Assembly (NCBI GenBank): GCA_905178155.1
Contig: CAJINV010000002.1
Location: 2,919,152-2,983,151 of the forward strand
Length of the DNA stretch: 64,000 nucleotides
Reading direction: 5' to 3'
DNA from: Amoebophrya sp. A120
Taxonomy: Eukaryota; Protista; Dinoflagellata
In this document: piece after piece, positions 54,501 through 63,500 of the stretch
Position numbering within the stretch: the first letter of the stretch is position 1
Layout of the letters: the number at the start of each line of letters is the position of its first letter
Position numbers and translations under genes: made by a program
Notes under the pieces: model-generated
Database searches by the model: none
Seen by the model: only the letters and a program-made list of their open reading frames with translations
Told to the model about the DNA's origin: nothing

Positions 54501-57500
54501 ATCGCATGACAAATTCCCTCAGCATGAGAAATAGAATTTGTCATGCGGGTTTGTCATAACAAAGGAATTTGCAATTATGCGCGGCCGCTGCGATTACTAC
54601 GAGTGCGATACAACTCTTGCAGTGCACAGCCCTACGATCTGAACGATTTACAGACGCAAGTGGCCGAGAAAGACCAAGCCGACGCCGTTATCAAATGTAA
54701 AAATGTCTGGGTCTGGAAGATTCCGGGATTTGTGATGCATATTTTGTATGATCCATGATTCATGTAATGCATGCTCTAGCATCACAGACTTTTAGAGGGC
54801 TTCCTGATGCCTACTCCGCATGAGAAATGCCCTCTCCGCGTACCACAAACTGGACCCCTGTTGCTGGTCACGCAATACAGATTTTTTTAGAGTCCAGAGT
54901 TAGCATCACAAGTTCGAAACTTCCAGACCCAGACATTTTTGCATTTGATAGCCGTCCGACAGGAGCGCATTCGGCTGCCCGGCGCGGAAAGCATCTATCG
55001 AGTGAACAAGCCGGATGCTCTCGTATCAAATGCAAATATCGATCTGGGTCTGGAAGGATATAACGTGTGAGTGTGACGCTAATTTTGGAATCTACATAAA
55101 ATCTGTATTGCATGAACAGCTAAGAAGGTGCAATTTGAGCTACGCAGAGAGGGCATTTCTCATGCGGTATGAGCATCAGAAAGCCCTCGCAAAATCTCTG
55201 ATGCCAGGGCATGCATCACAGATCTCATGGGTCATGCAAAATCTGCATGACAAACTCCTGCTGATTTCTACTCAGATAACAACAAAACTCACGTCGCAGC
55301 CGTCCCAGGAGTTTCGGTTGTTGTCTCTCGGTAGAAATCGCGCCGTTCAATTTTCTGCTTTAGAGTTTACCGGGTTACCCTAGCTGCGCGCTACTCTTTC
55401 AGTTCGTGCGGGCTCCAGGTGCTGCGATCACCAGCAGGAGCTTAACAACAGCGAACATAAGAACGTCGGATTTTCGATTGCTCTACATTACAAGACCGGC
55501 ACTTGTGTCGGCCCGCCGAAGCTTCGCGTGCGGGTTCAGCAGTCTTTCTTCCTTCGCAAAAGGTGAGTCTCCTGACCCTTCTGGTCGTCACCATTCCGCC
55601 CGCATTCGTGCTCGCACGGCTGCCTACGACGACGACGACGGTTTAAAGTTTGTAGTTTTGGTTTACAAAAGGGACGCCCTACCCTTAGTTTCCCAACATG
55701 ACAAACTCCTGCTGCATTCTTCCAGACCCAGACATGTTTGCAATCCATATCTCGGGTACGTGTATTACCTGAACCCCGCGCAGTCGCTCCCGGAACTGGA
55801 GGCCTACTATGACTTGCTCAAATCGGTTACCATCTCAAACGTTACAATAGAATCTGGAATTTGTGTTGCATGATGAGCATGACAGACTCGCACAGCGTTC
55901 CACCTTTTGTAATACAAATTTCGCCAGATAGTTGTCGTTGGGTTTGGGGCTCCGGAACTTGTCATGCGCAATCCTATGCGACTTGGCTAGATCTACTTGC
56001 ACTCTTGCATCACAGATTTCCATATTCTATTGTAACGTGTGAGATTGTATTAACACCTGAGCGGGTTATACCTACTGGGGTTCCTTTCTGGATTCCCTGG
56101 CCGACGACGAGGTGGCCTTCACGAAGATGCTCTTGGAAGCGGAGCGGGAGATATCCAGGAAAAAACAGATCCAATTTGTCATGCAAAGCATGCATAAAAT
56201 CCGCTATTTGTCATGCAAAACATGGATGTGGATGGGTGTTTTTTCCTGCTGATAGGAGAAGAGTTTTGAAGACACCGAGATGATGGACGAAGCGGCAGAG
56301 CTATGAACTGCAAGAGAAGAAGTATCGTATTCGTATAAATGCATTACAAATTTCCTCAGCATGAGAAATAAAATTTGTAATGCGGATTTACCTTAACAAA
56401 ACGATTTGTAATGGTGCATGACTGCAATTATACGAGTGCGATACTTTTGCACAGGATAAGAGCAGCGGCTGCTGGCAGGTGGCACCTCCAGCGGTTCCGC
56501 AGATGATCTCTGGAACAAACAAGAGGCAGTAAACCGGGACGAACAGGAAGAGCGACGTGGCGCGGTGCTGCACAAAGCGTTTGAGCAGATATGGCGTTCT
56601 CAAATGTTACATTCTCAACTGTTACATGATTTGTCATGCAAAACGAACATCAACACTCACAAGGTGAAGCTACTTCGCATGACAATTTTGGAAAGGCTAA
56701 ACAGCACCTAAATCTGTGCGGAATTTGTAATGCTACAGGTGCAAACTCCCTGCTTTGACTTTTGCCATTCTTGCATCACAAATCCATGTAAACAGTTGAG
56801 AATGTAACAGTTGAGAACGCCATAGCAGACGTTTGCGGGGTCGAAGATGGTGATTCTAGAGAGTTGCCTGAATCGCCATATCTACAACTTCACAGCGGAG
56901 ATGAATAAACCTATGCTGATATCCTGAGTAAAAACGGGGCCCACACCCCAGAGTTGTCATGCAAATATCTGCATGCCAAAAAGGTCTCTCACGCGGAGCC
57001 CCATGAGAGCCATTTGCTAGTCGTGGTTTGGAATTTGTGATGCTAGAATCAGCATGACATGCTAGATCTGTGATGCAGCTTCGGAACTAGCTAAACAGGA
57101 TTGATTACACTACAAGGACAAAAAATTTGTCATGCGAAACAGCCCATGTTGACTCTGGTGTGGGGACAGTTTTACTCAGGATAGGTGACGCCGGCCGAGG
57201 AAGAAGCTGCAACTGCACTAGCCGAGGAGATATGAATTGCAAAAGTATCCGTATCCGATATTCGTCGTACTAATCGCATTTATGCATTTAGTATACAAAT
57301 CTTTTAGTTACAGTGGAAAGCAATTCTAATTCCATTTTGAATGCTGAGCAAATTTGTAATGCGATAATTCTACGAGTACGATGCAGATGATGCTTTTGCA
57401 TTTGATAGGAGAAAACACGAGGCGGGCCGTGGGGCGGGGCGACAGCTTTTTATGCAGTGCAAAAGTATCGTACTCGTATAAATGCATTACAAATAATTTC

Positions 57501-60500
57501 CCCAGCATGAGAAAGAAAATTTGTAATGCAGATTTGCGTTGGAAACAAGATTTGTGATGCAAGACTTGCATTTGTACGAGTACGATACTTTTGCACAGGA
57601 TACAGCTGCGGACGCCCTGTCGAACGGAGACCGCGTATCAAAAGGAAAAACCCCCCCCTCCCCATTTCGAAGTGGAAATCTGTGATGCGGGATTTGTGTA
57701 CACAAATCGGCTTTGTCTTGCAGCAGAGGAATGCAGCTGCAGGCAGGTACAAAGGGGGGGAAGGTGCGTTTTGGTGTAGGCGCCTAGCAAGGCATGCATG
57801 TCCTCCGTAGGCCATACAGCATGGCAAATTACCTGCAGAACGCGGCCAGGCTTTTGGATTTGCCTTCTTGCAATACAGAGATGATTTGTGGTCTTAGATC
57901 AGCATCGCAAATTTTCAGAAGTATCCCGCTCTGGTATGGGGAGGGGGGATTTTTCCTCACCACACCGCGCGCGGGAAGAGGAACAGGCCCGCGAGAGAGC
58001 CTATGAATCGCAAAAGTCTCGCACTCGTATAAATGCATTACAAATTTCCTCAGCATGAAAAAGAAAATGCGGATTTGCCTAAAAGAAAAAGACTTGTGAT
58101 GCAAAAGAAAATTTGTAATGCGGATTTACCTACAAGAGAAAGATTTGTGATGCAAGACTTGCACTTATACGAATACGATACTTTTGCACAGGATAAAGCC
58201 ATGGCGCAAGCAACTTCGATGATCGTGGACGCCGCTACGTTGATATGACAGTGCACCGCTCCCCCTTGTTCTCATTTCTCATGCAAAATACCAAGTCCAC
58301 CCTTTACTGCCCTGTGGCACTGTTTGCATGACAAGTTCTGGTAGCCCAAATTGCACTAAACCTCAGTCGTGCAGCAAATTTGTCATGCAAAACCGGCATT
58401 CTTGCTGATGCTTGTATTGCCGTTCATGCTATAAATGAGGAGGAGGCCGCGGGGGAGTTGTGCACTGTCATAGTTGACGGCTTTGGTGAAGAGCTGGAAA
58501 AACTTCCCGACGGCGCTAGCGTATCGCGAGAAAAAACGGTTTCACTGTAAACTTGTGATGCAGAAAATGGATCGCAGAAGTATGTGTCATGCTACACATG
58601 CAAGACCAAGACAATGGATTTCTAGCTGTATTTTCCCGTAGGAGCCCCGCATGGCAAATTTCCGCTGTCTGTCATGTAAAACAAACTTGTGATGCAAAAC
58701 TTGCAAAATCATTAGTTACAGTAAGCCACTTTTTTCGTACGATATAGCGCACGACATGCTGGTGCACCAACAGCACTCCAGCCTGCAGAGTGATCTGCCG
58801 TTTTCGCGAGGGGGGGAGCTTCAAGCGCCGGGGGAAGAAGGAGGCGCTCCTGCTGGTACGACAAGTATGGTCAACTATTACGGTAAGGTAATAGAGGAAG
58901 ATGACGTCGGCGACGAGGAGAAGGTGAAGGACGAGCAAGATTTAGAAGTCCTAGAAGGAAAGAAGACCACCTCCACACGACGAAGAGCCCGCGGGACCAC
59001 GTCCCGCGATTCGGATGATGAAGATGAAGTAGATGAACAAGTAGAGGAAAGCATAAACAAGGACAAGCTATGCTGTGCAAAAGTATCGCTGTACTCGTAG
59101 TAATTGCACATATGCATGACAAATCTTCCTCCTAAGGTAAAACAGCATTACAAATTCCACTTTCCTACTTCTTGTCAAAATTTGTAATTCAATTTATGTA
59201 CTAAGTACGTTACTTTTGCAATGCATACAAGCATTACCACGACAAGCGTTTAAGGCGTGAAGCTAGGCACAAGCTTTACGATTTAGATAAAGACGGTATG
59301 ACCTGCTCAAACGTTACAACCTCAAACGTTGCGATAGAGTTTCGGTTTTGTATTGCATGATGAGCATGACAGACTCGGACAACATTCCACTTTCTGCAAT
59401 ACAAATTTCGCCAGATTGTAGTTAGTGCGGATTGGGACTCCAGAACTTGTCGCGCGCAATTCTACGAAAGTTCAAGTTGGCTAGGTAATGCACTTCTTGC
59501 AACACAAAGCTCAGATTCTCGTTCTACTGTAACGTTTGAGATTGTAACACCTGAGCGGGTTATAGACCGAGCAGAGATTTTTTTCCATTGGTACCGTCAT
59601 AGGGACTATCAAATGCAAATATGTCTGGGTGTGGAAACTTGTGATGCAAATCTCTGAATGGTGGGCGCACTATAATATGCAGCCAAGCATGACATTGACA
59701 AGTTTTTGCACTGCCATGTGTTTCGTTTTCCGCATGGCAAACTGCGTTTTTACATGATACGCGAGAGGCCCCATTCCTGCTTACGCATCACAGATCTAAG
59801 AATCATGCCAGACAAGCATGACAAATCCTACATTAATATTCCAGACCCAGACATTTTTGCAATGCATAGGGACCTGAAGACCGAAGCCGGGGAGTCGCTC
59901 AGCTCCGGAGCGTATCAAGTGTAAAAGTGTCTGGGTTTGGAAGGATGCAAGGTTTGTCATGCACATTTTGCATGACTCCTGATGTCTGCGATGCATGCCC
60001 TAGCATCACAGATCTTGTGAGGGCTTTCTGATGCCTATACCGCATGAGAAATGCCCTCTCGCCGGGGCCAAAACCAGACCTCTTTTGCTGTTCATGCAAT
60101 ACAGATTTTTGGATAATGCAGACGCAGCATCACAAGTTGCATTCTTCCAGACCCAGACACTTTTGCAATGCATAGAGCGAGCCTCCAGAAGGCACATGAC
60201 ACACTGGACGCCGCCGCGCGGTCTTTTGACTGGAGCAAGTGGCTTCGGAACTATGGGGCTCTCAAACGTTTACATTCTCAACTGTTACAACATGATTTGT
60301 CATGCAAAATGACCATGAGCCGCAAGACGATCAAGCTGCTTCGCGTGACAAATTGTCGAAGGCCCAAACAGAATCTAAATCCGTGCTAAATTTGTGATGC
60401 AAGACTTGCAAGCTTTCCCCTTTCCCTATTGCTGTTTTTGCATGGCAAATTCATGTCACAGTTCAGAATGTAACAGTTGAGAGCACCATAAGAACCGCGC

Positions 60501-63500
60501 ACTGATCGTGCACCGTACCCTTCATATCAAAAGAAAAAAGTTCGTCACGATCACTCATGGGCATTTTTGCAATACAAAACTGTCTGCCATGCGTAAAAAT
60601 GCATCACAGCCGCACTTCCTAAGGGATTTCCCTAGTGTTTCTGCAATACAAGGAGAAGTTGCGATGCTAAAAAAGTTTGTAATGCAAAATCTGCAACTAA
60701 GTGACTGTGACAAGCTTTTTTCTCTCCATACTTCACGTCCTGGTGACCCGACGCCTGGCCCGGGAGCTCCGGAAGCGCGCGGCGCGGCGGCGGCAGATCG
60801 TGCTGAACCCGCTAGACGCACAGATGTACACGCGCGACAACTGGGAAAGCATCAACGAAAAGCTACAGCCCGGCAAGCATCTCGGCGAGGTGTGGGGGAA
60901 GGTAAAGCACGCGGCCACACTATTCCGAGTAAAAACGTCCCCACCTCCCCAGAGTTGTAATGCAAATATGCATGCCAAAAAAGTTTCCCATGCAGAGCAC
61001 CATGAGAGGCATTTTCTAGTCGTGTTTGGGAGTTTGTGATGCTAGAATCAGCATGATATGCTAGATCTGTGATGCTGCGGACCTAGCTAAACAGGATCAC
61101 ACTATGAGGGCACAGAACTTGTCATGCGAATAAACAACCAAAGCTAGTTGATTTTTCTAGCAGATTTCATCCCAGCTTGATTCTGGGGTCGTGGGGACGA
61201 CGTTTTTGCTAACGATACACGCACAACCCGGTGGCCTCTTTCTGGAGCCGATTCATGGTATCAAATGCAAATATGTCTGGGTCTGGAAGAATACGAAATC
61301 TGTCATGCAGTTTCTGCCTGACCCAGATCGTCTGGCATGCAAGCTCTAGCATCACAGATTTTGAGCACTCATCCCAATGCCTAATCTGCATCACAAACTC
61401 CCTCTCCCGGAAACGAGAAGTGGGGCCTTTTGCTAGCCACGCATCACAGATTTTGTCATGATGTAGACCTCGCATCACAAACTCGAATCCTTCCAGACCC
61501 AGACATTTTTGCATTTGATACATGGGGGTGCGGGACGAGAAAAAGGAGTTCACCGCACAGGACCGACAGGAAAAAGCGTTCAACCGCGACGCGCTCGTAC
61601 GAACCGCAAAAGTATCGTACGCGTATATTAAATGCATTTGTATCAGTTCAACTGGTCCCGCGGTTCAACAATGTACCTACCAGTTCAATAGCGCCCCGGG
61701 GCCTAAATATTCTAGAACAAACAGGGCATTTGATATGCTCAGCGCCAAAAAAATATGCGGGTGGGGGAAGAAGTAGGGGGGGCGTTCCTGACCCAAAGGT
61801 ACGCTCCTGATCTCTCTGGTACTTACTCGACCCGGGGGGTCAGGTATTACCTGACCCCCGGTTCGGGTCTGTACCTGCAATGCCGCAGCGCCGTCGTTTT
61901 AGATGGTGCTGCGGCACAGCATCGCGCACCGTGATGGGAACCACAGGCCTCAAGTCTGTCACTACAGAAAAAAGCAGCCACGACTGCGATCGGTCCTAGC
62001 GTTCGCCCGTTTTCTGTTTGAAACCAGTGCCACGCGCACAGCTTCAGTCTTCGCGTGCCCATTCATCGGAAGCACCGTTCCGAAATCGTGTGGCCGCCNN
62101 NNNNNNNNNNNNNNNNNNNNNNNNNNNNNNNNNNNNNNNNNNNNNNNNNNNNNNNNNNNNNNNNNNNNNNNNNNNNNNNNNNNNNNNNNNNNNNNNNNNN
62201 NNNNNNNNNNNNNNNNNNNNNNNNNNNNNNNNNNNNNNNNNNNNNNNNNNNNNNNNNNNNNNNNNNNNNNNNNNNNNNNNNNNNNNNNNNNNNNNNNNNN
62301 NNNNNNNNNNNNNNNNNNNNNNNNNNNNNNNNNNNNNNNNNNNNNNNNNNNNNNNNNNNNNNNNNNNNNNNNNNNNNNNNNNNNNNNNNNNNNNNNNNNN
62401 NNNNNNNNNNNNNNNNNNNNNNNNNNNNNNNNNNNNNNNNNNNNNNNNNNNNNNNNNNNNNNNNNNNNNNNNNNNNNNNNNNNNNNNNNNNNNNNNNNNN
62501 NNNNNNNNNNNNNNNTTCCCACTTCCAGTTGCCTCCTGTCATCCTGGAGCTGCAAGGCTTTCCCACGCTAGACAGCACTACAGTCCGCATCTTTTGCCTT
62601 CTAGCATCACAAAGCTGATTTGTGGCCACAAATCTGCATCACAGATTTCCGTTTTGATATGGAGAGGGGGCATTTTTCATTGTAATAAGGAGGACGCGCG
62701 GCTGCGGGCCCGGTTTCTGTGGAACCGCAAGGCGGTGCGGCACATAAAGCAATCCATTCTGCGGATGGAGTGGCAGTTGCGGGAGCAATCGCGGCCGGAC
62801 CGGGAGCGGCCGCCGGTGATGTGGCGGTGTCTATCAACTGCAAAAGTGTCTGGGTCTGGAAGATTCTAAACTTGTAATGCTGTCTCTGGATTCTGAAAAA
62901 ATTTGTATAATTGCATGACCAGCAAGAGGGGTACAATTTGTGCTACACGGACAGGGCGTTTCTCATGCGGAAGTTGCATCAGGAAGCCATCTAAAAGTTT
63001 GCGATGCTAGGTCATGCATTACAGGCATCATGGGTCATGAGCAGTATGCATGACAAATCTTGAATTCTTCCAGACCCAGACATTTTTGCATTTGATAGTG
63101 TCACGGCTGCGACGTCCGGGTGGACCCGGTGCTCAAGGAGGAACTGGAAACGTTGAAACAAAGCGTGGAAGAGAAAGGCGTATATCAAATGCAAAAATGT
63201 ATTGGTCTGGAAACTTGTAATGCTCCTTTGGGAATAGTGAATGCTCTGTAATGCACAGCCAAGCACCATGAGAAATATCTGCGCTCCTTCTTTGTGTTGC
63301 GTTTTTCGCATGTGAATCGGTTCGAGAGTGTGCCCCAGTTCGCGAACTAGTTCGCCAACGTTCCGGGCATACGAAAAAGAGCAGAACCATACATAGTTCT
63401 GCTCTTTTTCGTATGCCCGGAACGTTGGCGAACTAGTTCGCGAACTGGGGTACACTCTCGAACCGATTCACATTACAAATTTCCTCAGCATGAGAAATAA

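Noticed and set aside
61903-62629. ORFs spanning the N run
   Set aside because: Artefacts of the assembly gap.
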